A stretch of 54,624 nt of DNA, from positions 1 to 54,624 of the forward strand of contig KZ538677.1 in assembly GCA_000934665.2 (NCBI GenBank), written 5' to 3'. Shown in pieces: positions 13,531 to 26,039 of this stretch. A program made the position numbers and the translations under genes. How positions within the stretch are numbered: position 1 is the first letter of the stretch; each line of letters starts with the position of its first letter. Source of the stretch: Catajapyx aquilonaris (taxonomy: Eukaryota). The notes under the pieces were generated by a model that saw only the letters and a program-made list of their open reading frames with translations, made no database searches and was not told the origin of the DNA.

Positions 13531-15343
13531 AGAACTGATTGTCTCTGTATTTATATTTATTGCTGTTTTAACGCTAAATTCGGAAATCGTTGTTATGTTG
13601 CATGATGAAATAAATGACAATAATTTGTCCTAAGTATAAATTACTTATCATAAAAAGACTGCCAGGGGTAATGTGGCAACATTTTCGTACATTGCCAAAA
13701 TACCTTTTTGTGGCACGTAAAGTTGGTACCGCGATTTTCATTGTTAGTGATTAAGGGTTCCAGTGCCTACATATAAACAATTGTGACGAGAGAAAGTAGA
13801 TATTTATTATAATTACCTTGTTGCCTGCTTTCCGCTAGAATATATGCGACCATGTCACTAAATAAATATGCCACGCAAAACAAAGCTTTTACAAATACAA
13901 AAGACAATTGCCTTTGTGTTGCCCAGACTAAGTACGAAATTACGTACTGTAGCATATCTCACTGATGCGAATTAGCCTTAAAATACCTAACGGGTAATAG
14001 TTTTTTAAAATTACTACTCTCTTAACGTCTACTGGATAAAAACAACTGAAGTAATGGGAGACAAAATACGTTCATGTGAGAACCGGCAATTAGCCTACAA
14101 AATACAAATCCGTTAATACTATGACCACATTGTGGGGTTTAACTGAATGTAACTAATCCGGAAAAATTGTACACATCAGTGACATCATTTCACGTAAATC
14201 CGTTCGTTCACAAAAAAAAAATATTCTTTTAATGACACAAGTTTACTGATACAATCGCACAGTATTTTCCTCTGCAACGTTGCAGATCGTCCGTCATTCT
14301 ACCATTCAACTCTCTATGCTTACGTAGCTCTAACCACAAAACTATTACTAACTATTCCATATTCTGCCACAAGAACTACACCTAAATGCACTATAGTGGC
14401 TACACTTCCTGGATATACAGTAAAGACAACCTCACCTTGGACTGGTCTGTAGACGTCTCCGGTGCTATTGTATGGAATGAACTGACAGCACCGACCAAGC
14501 AACACTGTGGCTGCCCCACCTTGAACTTGAGTCTTAAATACGCGGCCTACTTTTGGGCCAGCTAACGGGGCAGGTGAGGGGAACTCACCTGGGTACTAAC
14601 AGACCTACCAACCTCATGTGAGAGGGAGGGATCTTTTTTTCTCAAGTTTGCAGATGTGAGACATGTCATGGGCCAACCACGTCACTATCGTGCTACCAGA
14701 GATTGTTTGATCTAATCCACTCGTGTCACATTTAGTTTCTTCACTCTAATACCTTTTGTAAGTTGTACAGCTTAATTATCGTTCGTTGCAGGTAGAAGGG
14801 GGGTTTAAAATATTGAGTTTGATGTTAAATGTGTTGGTTGTTGCTAGGAAGATTTGTGATTATATTTCGGTGGCAGAATGCTGCCCCATGTACGTGATAT
14901 AGTAAAACAAATCAGTCATGTAGTTTTCATAGCGGTTTGGGCATCGGGTCATGACCCTACATGGAGGTGAGAATTCTGACACGCACCATCATGCTTTCAT
15001 GTTAAAATTCAGTGTGTGTGCAACTCCAGTGCAACGGCTGGCTGCCTTTTAACACATTGCTTACAATTTATATTAATAAAAATGTCATTTAAAAATGAGC
15101 AAAACTTATCCGTTGCCTTTTATGTGCAACATATACTGTATAAGTATTATCAATCCACCTGTAATATTTATTCAGCAGTAAAATGCAAGCAAATAAGTGA
15201 CATAATTGTACATGAATTATTTCTCAACATGATAAAAATTGCTTCATCGACCACATAAGAACGTGTATTTTAATACCTAGTGTTTGAAGTATCCAATAAA
15301 ACAACACCATCAGAATCTAAGCGACGATAAAGATACGACTTAT

Positions 15344-15468
15344 GGCCGGTTTCACCAAGCCCAGTTTTCATAAAAACCCCGCTTCTTTCGGAAAATCCCT
15401 GCAAATAGAATAGGGATTTTCCGAAAGAACTGGGGTTTTTATGAAAACCGGGCTTGGTGAAACCTGCC
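15344..15468. mobile_element. Palindromic Harbinger/Tourist-like MITE
   Basis: GGCCGGTTTCACCAAGCCCAGTTTTCATAAAAACCCC ... GGGGTTTTTATGAAAACCGGGCTTGGTGAAACCTGCC; nearly the whole element is a hairpin. Confidence 0.8.
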
Positions 15469-15474
15469 AACTAA

Positions 15475-16100
15475 GGCCTGTTTCCACCGGCATAATTTTT
15501 GAGCACAAAATGAAAAGCACAAAAATGGAGCACAAAATCAAACAGTTTGAAATTATTTCAAAGTACAAAATTTTGAACTTTTCACAAAATAATTGTGCCC
15601 GGCACAAAATGGAAATACAAGATGGCCCAACTGTGGTGGACTTTTCGGGATTATTTTTGCGATAATTCAAGCACAATTGATGGTTACATTAAGCTAAACG
15701 ATTTTCGGACGGGGATTCAGCATTCGGAATTTTGGGTATGCTCCCTTTCCGAGCTCTCATTTTTGTTTCTTTTTGTGAAAAGAACAAAAATTGTCCTGGT
15801 AGGAACAGGTGTTTATTCAAATTGTTATTTATTATTTATATATATTATTATATATTATATATATATTATTATATATTATTATATATTATATACCGTATAT
15901 TATTATATTATATATATATATTATTATATATTATTATATATTATATATATTATATATATATTTATATATATTATTTAGTTATTTATTACAAATAAACACC
16001 TGTTCCTACCAGGACAATTTTGACAATTATTGTCAAAGAAACAAAATTGTTCATGCATAAATTTTGTCCAGAACAAAAATTATGCCGGTGGAAACAGGCC
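15475..16100. mobile_element. Harbinger-like MITE with an internal TA-rich hairpin
   Basis: TIR GGCCTGTTTCCACCGGCATAATTTTTG / CAAAAATTATGCCGGTGGAAACAGGCC, preceded by TAA. Internal inverted repeat at 15789-15817 / 15991-16019 encloses a TA-rich low-complexity tract. Confidence 0.85.
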
Positions 16101-17818
16101 TTTAATGTCATACATTTTGATTCTTTGATAGTGACAATTAATTAATTAATTTATTTATTTATTTACGATACCCCTTTCGAGGGCAGAACCCTTTTTGGGG
16201 GAAGATAGTGACAATTAATCGAGAGTGTACTACGTATCTCTCATTCATGACAATTCAGTTAATTCCAAGTAACACCCAAGATTCTTACAAGTACTTTGCA
16301 TGCCCAGTTTCCTTACAATTACACTCAATCAAAACGTGTTTTTGCTAAGATAGTGGTATAGTTGTTGGCAGTCTTGAAAATGAGCCGCCATCACCGTCCG
16401 TTGCTCCTGGAAACGCCTTGTCGGCTCGTCACGCCTCTCAGAAAAATAAACCAGGAGTGAGAACGACAAAAAACATGTACTTGTGGCAAGGTGATCAGAT
16501 GACCTGCCTTTTTTACGCCTCTGACGCCTTAGCATCTGAAACTGCTGTATTTAGACTGTGGCGAATCTAGCCCCGGGTCAGCCCACGACCCTTTTTTATT
16601 ACGCACAAAAAACTTACGCACACAAAAAAAAAATCTCTAGTGGACACTTCCATTATTCACTAACCTGTCGGGGGTGTAGTCATTTTGGCAATATTTTGTG
16701 TGACGTAAAGTAGGACACTTGTAGAGGCAGCATGCAGTTATGATGTGAGGGACTTAAAAGATGCAACGTGTTGCGGAAACTCAAGAGTGATAGGTGATGT
16801 CAGGTTTCATGCACTAGTGACCTATTCAGTAGACTTGCGTGTGATCAGAAGTCAAACAAGGCAAAGCTGGAGGAACGAAGGCGTCATGCTGCACAAACAA
16901 GTTTCTAGTCATTTTTCGGTTGTTTAAGGGATTGTATGCAGAGCTGTTTTTTTTTGTGAGTTCATTGCTACCTGTAAACTGTAGTGTAATAATATAGATT
17001 GCTAAAGGGAATTTACATAGTGTTGTTTATTTGGTTTTTTTGATGGAGGGAAAAAGTGAATAGGAAGTGATTTTCTATACGAAATCCGGGATGTGACGTA
17101 GGTGTTATTCATAGAAAGGAAATTTCTGTCGAGAGTGGGATGCATCCTAGTATAGCTAGAGGAAGATCCGGGGAAAGTCCAACCTGAGGCCTGATGCTGG
17201 GCTACCACCATTGGTCCCTGAAAGAAAGAGACGCTTGTACCGTATACCTATATGAGTATAGGACATGGAATGAAAATGTACCCTCACTGACTCGATAACC
17301 TAATTCTATTCTTTCTCCCTCTCCCATGACCGACATGATTCGCCGATTTACCTTCTTTTTCCTGTAAATCTGCTAAATCGAATCCCACTTGAGGCAGCAT
17401 CTCTTTGCGATTTTCTCTGGTGAAATACGATGTCTTTTGTGAGTCAGGTTTTATATTCAAATTGCATTTCTATGCTGTGCATATGTGAACTATATTTAGG
17501 TCTGCTGATATTATTTGTGAGTACAGTTAACAGACAGCTTAATAACAATTAGCACTATAGTTTTAGCTTAGCTGTGTAAAAAAATTTATAACTGATTCTC
17601 AGTAGATGCAAATGTGCTCATTATTATAATATATAATTGTCTAAAAAGTTAGCTTACTTTTCAGGTTCAGTTTGGTCACTATACTGCATAGGCCTAGAAA
17701 CATACCAATACTAAAATGCCAATTTTACAAGACGCAATTGGGAAGATTTATTTTCAAATTTTTTGCCTTTACACAAATCATCCATACTTAATAAATTAGG
17801 TTGGGGAAAATGATGGAG

Positions 17819-18953
17819 TCAGAAGGACGTGTTCGGTTGATGTCGCCTTCTGCGTTCTCTTTGTGGACCCAACTTGAGCAAGGAACATGCCGGAAACAAC
17901 TGCTCGCAGCCGTCGCCATATGTGACAAACTCCTTAGCAGGAGGCAACAGCTCGTACAGGGTTTCCATCGTGGACGCATCATTGTCCACCACGTCTCCAA
18001 ACCTGGAGGACGACAGCATCTGAGTCCAAGCATTTTCCAAGCTGAGGGTCTTTTGTACGCCCCAGATGACCGGTGCCATCTTGCACACCATTAGCTGAAT
18101 GCAGGAAGTGGTGTTGCCTGTTGTGGCGACCAGGCTTGTGATCAGATGTGTTGGTAAGGATTGATCCTGGGCTTCCCGCACCAATTGTGTCACCTACCAG
18201 CAAAGGATGGATGGATGATTAACACTGACCATGTGAAATGTGGTGAAACACTGACCTCTCCTTCAGGTGTGAATGGGAGCCACTTCAGGATAGTTCCGAG
18301 ATCCAACTGTGACAGGCCGAGGTCATCAGAGCGCTTTCCTTCAGTCATCAATGAGGAAGTGATCATTTCAGCAATGTAGATCAAGACGTTGATGGCCATT
18401 ACGCCCCATTTAGCAGGATTGACGCCAACCAACTTTAAAATACCTTCCAGCATTCCTTCTCGGCTGGAAACACGGTTGAGCGAAGCTAACGTTCCGAGCC
18501 GATCTGGATTGTTTCTGCAAACGATTAAAATATTAGGATATGGCAGTAGATATAATAAATGGTGAGGCAGTATGTACTCGTCATCCATTGCTTCTGTGTG
18601 AAGTGCGTCCACCAATTGACCCATTCCTTCAGCCATATCTTCTCCGACCAACTGCACAACTGTTCCAGCATCTCTGAGGGTGTTGGTTACACGAGCGACT
18701 CCTTCCCTAAACCGATTGACTCCACCTGACACTACCTCAGAAGCTCTTTGTACCAAGCCTCAAAACGACAAATAAAAATCTCAGTAAATCTTCGGACTAA
18801 TCAACGTAAAAGGAAGGATTGAAACATGTCCTTACCGAATGGGTCTAAGATGGCAGGGACTGCTTGCCTCCTGGCCCTAAGAGAAGGATGGTCTCCTTGG
18901 ACCCCTAGGAAGGCGAAGAATGTGCAGATAGGTACCACCACCAGCAGCCTCAT
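17819..18953 (-). CDS. Cluster gene C: secreted protein of about 310 aa with a furin site and a C-terminal Cys module
   Basis: Exons 18953-18836, 18758-18578, 18514-18256, 18193-17819 (933 nt). Signal peptide MRLLVVVPICTFFAFLGVQG then RARR. Motifs ILKLVGVNPAKWGVMAINVLIYIAEMI, TSCIQLMVCKMAPVIWGVQK, LPPAKEFVTYGDGCEQLFPACSL. The 63-nt intron 2 is in frame and stop-free, so it is inferred from splice signals only. Confidence 0.88.
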
Positions 18954-20382
18954 CCCGAAGAGCTCCGAGAAACAATTGAAATCCGGTACGTCTGGCAAAG
19001 TCGCTCAAAACTTTGCAACGGGCAGCGAGGTACAGTAATCGGACACGGAGGTGTGGGCAACTCTGCGGGATCTGCCCATCAGTTAGGCTACTGTTCTGCA
19101 GACTTCTCTTGACCCGGGTCAGGCTCCGATGACCACCTCTTGTCGGTCACAGGGACATCCGAACTGCCTCTGGTGGCAAAAATTGAGCAACTTCGCATAT
19201 GCAGGTGCCTGTCAAAAAAAAAGGTTCATATCGTCATGCGCATGCCACTCGATGATGATACGGGACGTCATGGGCTGCCGGAGTTGGAATCCGTTGTGTG
19301 GGTGGTCATTACAGGTCACTGCAGATTTGATCACCATACGTAACCCTCTGGTTTTTAGAAGAACTCTCACTAATGGTTACTTCACGGGCGTTATTTGCCT
19401 CACTTTTTTTTTTACACACTGCAGTGTAATTATGGCGTCTTTGATATCCGCAACATTTTATTGTGGCTGTAATTAAGGCATTGCCCGTCCGATCTTTTGG
19501 GCGGATCCCACAGAATATGAAAGGAGGAAGTAAATTAGCAATTAACTCTCGGCAATTAGGATAAGATTTACGATAGTCATTCTGAAACGGCACTTGCCCT
19601 GTACCTTGCAAACTTGGAGATGTGGCGTGTGTCTTCCAACCTAACGTCATTTTAATCCGTCTTCATCAGCGATTCTATCAAGAAGGTATTACATAGCGTA
19701 GATTAGACGCTAAACTCCATGCGAATCCCAGTAAGCAGTGTTCCAGAGTCTGCCTGCTGGATTCTGCGAAAAGGCAATTTTGAGGAGTTCTGCCATCTTA
19801 CCGAAAAAAAATCACTGCGATTGCGATTAGGTTGTATTTGTATCGAGTTGTCTGGCCAAATTGATCTCATCCTATATATTTGCAGATATGTTGGTTTCTA
19901 TAGGACGACATATGTGCTGTCCCAAGAACTTGGTCCGGACCAAATTCTTGCTGGAATAGACCTAGAAATATTTGATTGCTAGTTGCGCGTCTAATATCAG
20001 AGATGATGTAATATCATTTTAAAGAATGAGTTGTGCCGAATTGCAAGCTCTACTCGAAAACGGCGAGGCTCGTGCACTGGCTCATTGGAAATGTACATGC
20101 ATAAAATGCACAATTGCAATGATCCGCAATGGCAAAATGCGTCATGATAACTGTACCAGTCATATTTTAATATAGTGTATTTATTATTGGCAGGGAACTT
20201 ATCTTGTAAGCGAGCATCATGCTGAAACACTATAGAACCCATGAAAATCGCCATCTACAGAAGAGTGCTTTTAATATGTGAGAATATGCTGGCGTGCTTT
20301 ATAGAATGGGAAATGTGTCAAATCTTATACACGACTACAGCATACTCATTCTACATCTGATTGGTGCATTATATTCACAAAC

Positions 20383-20649
20383 ACCGAAGCAGTTTGGAGG
20401 AGGGGATATTGTGTCCGACTGCTAATCGGGAGGTCCTGGGATCAAATCCCGGGGCCGGCAACTCTGACCGTGGTTTTCTGTGGTTTCCCACGGTCCTTCC
20501 AGGAAAATTCCGGAGTTGCTTCCGTAATTAATAGGCCACAGCCGCTTCTTTCCGTCCCTATCCTATCCCAAAGAGCACCGTAAAAACGAAAAGCAAAGAG
20601 TTCCAGGCAAAACAAACTTCCCCCCTAACCTAACGGGCTATGAATTATT
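20383..20649 (+). mobile_element. tRNA-derived SINE, family 1 copy 1
   Basis: B-box-like GGGATCAAATCCC and body GGTTTTCTGTGGTTTCCC; homologous to 37230-37528 and 39716-39987; imperfect TSD ATTATAT(T/C)CACAAA. Confidence 0.85.
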
Positions 20650-21508
20650 ATTATATCCACAAATATTCAGAATTAGTACCATTAAAAAGCTGGCTTATGT
20701 TGGATGGTTATGCTTATCCTGTGAACCTGGCTGGAATGATTTCAGGAAAAGATGATCTGAAACTCCTTTGGAAAAATTTGACCCATAAAATGAAAGCCGA
20801 TTCTGATTCGTATAAAAAAATTAAATTTGCAAAATAGTGACTGTGCCACAACTAAAATGCAATGATATTTTAAAAGCATGAAACTGTATGGCGCCATTAA
20901 CAATTGAGTAAATTGCAATGGGGTAAAGGATTGCTGGTTTCATCACAATTGAAGCTGCACATCGAATAAGGATAAGTGTCTCTTGGTCGAAAGTGAGATA
21001 ACAGCAAAACAGAAATGAACTTTTTGCACATATAAGATAGCTCCTGAAATTCTGAATGTAAGCGGTGTTTTTATGGGCCATCATCATTTACGGTCATGAC
21101 GCGTTACTCACTCCGTGAAGTGTCACTTGATCCACTTTCGATGCTCACATTCAATTTTAATACCATTAAAAATGTTTTATGGAGAATAATGTATTTGAGT
21201 TGACATTCATTTAATTGCTCTCAGAAAAGTATATGGATTTATAAATATTGATGGCCTCAGATTCCACTTGAAATGGCATGGGTACTTCTGCAAAGCCCAA
21301 GTGAAATCTGAAAACCAAGTAGACACGATTTTTACAGTAGAGAAATGTGGGCCTTGAAGGGAGGAAGAACGGTAATCTTGTTAATGTCCAACTCGAAAAT
21401 TCCAGGACAAAAAAAAAAATCAGTATAAAAACACACGGCACAACACTCAGAGTGAATTCGTCGCGGACAACGCATCGGGGTCGACACATAACACTATCGT
21501 AGCATTCG

Positions 21509-22848
21509 TTAGTCCCCCACATCCCCGCGAATCTTCAACTCCTCAGTACTTTCCACTATGTTCGCCATTTTCCTAATGGAGTTTCCTTTGACGGGTCCCT
21601 TCGAAAAGGTAATTTCCACACCTTTGGCCGTCCCTCCTGTTGTCCCCATGCCCTTCATCATCTTGAGCTTCTGGAGGACCTGTAGAGCCACACACACCAG
21701 ATACAAGCCGAAAGCCAGCAGGGACAAGATGGCAATACTGCTTTCCAACACCTTCTTGATCAGGGCTCCTTTCTTTTCGTCGCCTCCACCGCCCTTTCCG
21801 GAATCACTTCCATAACCACCACCTCCGCCTCCGCCTCCACCATAACCGCCTCCGCCTCCGCCACCGTAACCGCCGCCGCCGCCGCCTCCTCCGCCGTAAC
21901 CGCCACCTCCGCCACCTCCGTATCCACCTCCGGAGGCCATCCCGTATGATTGTCCCCCTGTTGGTGGTGCTGCATACCCACCACCGACGAAGCCTCCACT
22001 GGCCTTCTGCATACCCACACCGGCGTAGTCTCGTTTGCCACTTTGTTGATATGCTCCGGAGTACTCTTGAGGTACTGATCCAGTCAGATAGGTCACCTGC
22101 GTGGAGTCCTGACTCACCTGTGGACCATGGGAAAATTGTTAGCTGATCATGCAAACTTTGGCGAGGTACAGAATCTTTTCCGGTTTGAAAGTCAAATCAG
22201 TTCATTTGCATTACATCTGAGCGTGACTAACTCTAGAGAAATTAATACAATGACATACTATAGAAGGAGGGGAATTATTTGGGGAGTGAATTTAAAATTG
22301 AGTAAAAAGTCATAATTACTTGGGGTTTGTAGAGCACCGACAAGTCCGGCATTGCTGGTGTGTACTGGGTGGGATTGACAACTGACATATCCCGAATTAA
22401 GAGACTGTCCAGGTAGTCTTTGGCTCCGTTGGGACTGTTGGTGGCCATTTCTTTCAGCTTGAGTAGAGTTGACAGAGGAAGCTTCCTCAGTGCGCTCTTC
22501 AATTGATCCGATGATGTGTCCGTCGACGTAACCCCTACCTAGAAGGTTCAAAATTTAGAAAAAACCTCCTCAACCGAGTCCACTTCACACCTGGGTGAAT
22601 TACCATGGTTACACACATGTACAGTACTGCATAACTCGAATGTACATGCCATGCCACAAATTCTGTTATGACGCTACATAGACAAAATCCTGACGTTGAT
22701 GTAACATGTGTGTGCTTCTACTGCTTCAACGAAAATGATATGAATGATCGATTCCAAATGACATGAGACCAACCTGGTGTATTGCATGACCGAGGAGGAT
22801 CGCTGTGAACAGTGTCCGTAGAAGACATTGTTCCGGTGATTGGAGCAT
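21509..22848 (-). CDS. Cluster gene D: signal peptide, Gly/Tyr-rich (GGGY) repeats and a single hydrophobic helix, about 300 aa
   Basis: Phase-0 exons 22848-22774 (MLQSPEQCLLRTLFTAILLGHAIHQ), 22538-22320 and 22117-21509. GGGYGGGG repeats, then KKVLESSIAILSLLAFGLYLVCVALQVLQKLKMMKGMGTTGGT. A probable non-coding upstream exon ends at a strong donor (CTAG|gtaagt) near 23039. Confidence 0.85.
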
Positions 22849-23700
22849 CGTGCTGGTTGAACCTCCGTTGACTTTCCAAACATGTGGAACAAGTATATAG
22901 ATGCGTCGAGTCGAAACTGAAACGGTAAAGATCTGGTTTGGCCATCCATCCGACCGAAATCACTCCGAACTAAAACATCCGCAAATTCAAGCACACAATG
23001 TCACTGCACAACTGTCACTCTCCTAGGCACTCACTTACCTAGAACATTACAAAAGATGGCTGCTCCCGAGGAAACTTGAAACGATATGTCTTGAGACGTC
23101 CGAACCGATGCATGATTCAAGGGGGGACCCACGTCTCGCTATATGTCCTGTTGAATCCGTGTACAGGAAGAGAAGGCAGCCAAGTCCACTCGATAATGTC
23201 CCTTCCACCAAAGTGGAAGAGAAGCAGACAGAGTCACACACTGGCGCCCAAGCTGGCACGATCCACGTACATATTAAATGTCATTGCGCCCATCCCAGGC
23301 CGCTTCATAACGGGATGACGAAACAACAGCACTAGACGTTGTTAGTGTTATTCCTGAAGAATTTTTCGTGATCCTGGAGAAGTCTGGTTTTATGTAGATG
23401 AGCCTGAATTCTGACTGATTATGGTTTTTTTGTTTGGGTAATAGTTATTGTCGTGTCAGGGTAATATCCACTCTGATTACCCACTTCCTTATCTATTCTC
23501 GTGACTTCAGGTACGAACGAACGAAACGGTTTTCATTTTTTCAGTCAAGGTTGCGGAAAGTAGAATAAAATTATCCTACTGGACAATCCTCAGGAGGTTG
23601 TGCCTACCACGGTTCCTTTGCCATTTTTGTGTGTACTACCTCAAGTTTATTGGCAGGGTGATAGATCATCAGCAATAACATAACACTAAGGATTATGGTA

Positions 23701-23841
23701 CTATCGGGTTCAAATACTTTTTGGCCACTTTATCCTGGTCTTGAAGCAACCCTTCACACATACACCTCCTTAACGTGGGGTCTGTGCGAAGGGTTGCTTC
23801 AAGGCCAGGATAAAGTGGCCAAATGTATTTGAACCCGATAG
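23701..23841. mobile_element. Tc1/mariner-type palindromic MITE
   Basis: About 60-bp arms CTATCGGGTTCAAATAC...GAAGCAACCCTTC and its reverse complement; TA on both sides. Confidence 0.85.
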
Positions 23842-26039
23842 TACATTAATTAATTAATTTTTTGCACAGAGTAATTATGAGCTAGGTCTGCAACCTCTGG
23901 ATTATACGATATAGTACACTCCTTGACAACTTTTTGTCTAACTGTGCATGCAGCTAAACTGCATTTCCGGCGTGTTTCATCCTGTTGTTGAGAGTTGCTC
24001 TCATGCATACTGAAATGTATGTTTACTGTTACACCCTTGCTTCGCGCAACCAATCTTGAATAATTGCTTTTTGTAGTGTCACTCATTCGTTGACACTAGT
24101 TAGTGTAGCCTAGGTATATGAGCAGAGAAGATATTTAATATGGTAATTTTAAAAATTACTATATATTAAGAGGCAGAATATTCCAGCGTCACAGTGAGAC
24201 GCTCTGGTGACAAGACGACTGTGCCCTTCAGAGAAAAGCAAAATATGTTGTGCATCAAAGTGGTGGCGTAATATGATATAAATTATCATTCTGCTGTCAA
24301 TTTTTGGTTTGTATTCACCGCAGCCATTTATTTTCAAAAAATTCAAATTAGGATTAAATGGTTATTTAAAAAATGGTTTATGTCGGCTACAGTTTTGAAA
24401 CTTCTTTCCCTGGAATTGCAATTTTTGTTGTGTTTTTTTTTTTTTTGGTCAGAACTACCAGCTCGTGCTTTCTTGTTCCTCTCGATACGCTACATTATGC
24501 CAAGATTAAGAACTCGCTTCAGCAAGAACATGCCTCTCTGCACGAGAGCAGCACGAACCGGAAAATATTTGTCACTACGTGGCATAACGTCTCCATAACC
24601 GAAGAATCATTTATCTCAACGGAGTCTGCTCTCGATTATCTGCGAGTTAAGTGCCTGAGGAAATAATTGCCACCCAGACAGATAAGAGGAGCACGCAAAA
24701 GGAGTGTCTCCCCTTTGAATTACATCATATAATCAAAACGTGATTGACAGCAGGAAGGTGTTCATCTTGGAACTTCCCATGGTCTTAAGTGAAACGAAAT
24801 TCATATGGTTTTGATCATGATGCAACGCGATGCATATTGCATTGTACATGGTTATAGAGACCATCACTTCCGTTTGATGGGGGGGGGGGNAAATAAATAC
24901 ATTTTTGGAGGAGGGGGGGGGGGTTAAAAGAGGAAGGTGAAGTCAAACACAACATGGCTTATTACGTACTAAAACATTGCGCAGATTTATTGACATAATT
25001 AGTTTCTCAACACGGATCAAGCACAACGTGGGTAACATACAGTACTCGTTTATAAGTGCCCCAGAATCCTGTTTATATAATGTTGTTTATGAGGTAGGGC
25101 AAAACGTGTGACTAAATAACTCAGCAGGTCTTGTTTGAAATGAACCAACTGAGCAGCACAGACGAAAAAAAGGAAGCCTATAAATCCACTAACCGGCCTT
25201 TTCGTTTTACAGTGCTCAGCAGGCTTGGAAATGAGTCGAGAGACAGACCAACAAAAAAAAAAAAAAATTAAAGAAAAAGAAAAAGTCCGGCAGTCTTGAT
25301 GTATGGTTTTTTTGAGGCATGAATTCCAATCGAGGAAAAGTCGCAATGAGATTATACCAGAGGTGGTGGGGGGTCTCAGGCCCCCCTCCGTGGGGACAAA
25401 ATAGTGCCCTCGACCTCTTCTCCAAGCCTTGGCGACATAGGTGCTGAAGATGCCTTGTTGAATTCTTCATTTTCACATTGTTGTTATCCTGACTCCCCGC
25501 TGGGATTATCATCAAAATGTGAGGAAAACAAACCTTGTTAATCTTCTCCAAAATCCTGTCAGAATAGGTAGGGAGAAGGGGGGGAAAAAAATGTGCAACT
25601 AATGTGCGGTTTTGAAATGTGCTACATGGCGAGGATTCAAAACTGGTTATTACGTAAATTATGTTTTTCTTTGTATTTTACAATGAATAATAAGTTACTA
25701 CAACCGGCGTAATTGGAATCTAGTTGACACTTTATATTTTGCAAATCAGGGCAGTAATTTTGTCTTGACTGAAATCAGACTACCTAATTACTAAATTTTT
25801 GAAACACAAGTACTTTCGGGCACAATACGGTTGGCCGTTGTACTGTACAGTACTATATACGCTAATACTTTAAAAAAACTAATAACTTGAAAAAAATATG
25901 TTATTTCTATACACTTCCAACATGAAATTGCAGGATACGAATATCATGTAATGTGCAGAGTTGCTAAAAATGGAATGCAAGCCTCCTGAGATAAATAAAA
26001 TAATCCATGACAATGAAGTACTGCATCATGGTTAATAAA

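Noticed and set aside
13146..13538. 130-aa and 75-aa ORFs on opposite strands
   Set aside because: Overlap a palindromic repeat; no protein motif or supported splice chain.
14440..14700. Possible old SINE on the minus strand
   Set aside because: Too degenerate; no clear B box, tail, TSD or second copy in the window.
15595..16060. Three overlapping Ile/Tyr-rich ORFs
   Set aside because: Translations of the TA-rich tract inside a MITE.
21760..22154. Arg-rich and Ala/Glu-rich ORFs
   Set aside because: Alternative frames of the Gly-rich exon of gene D.
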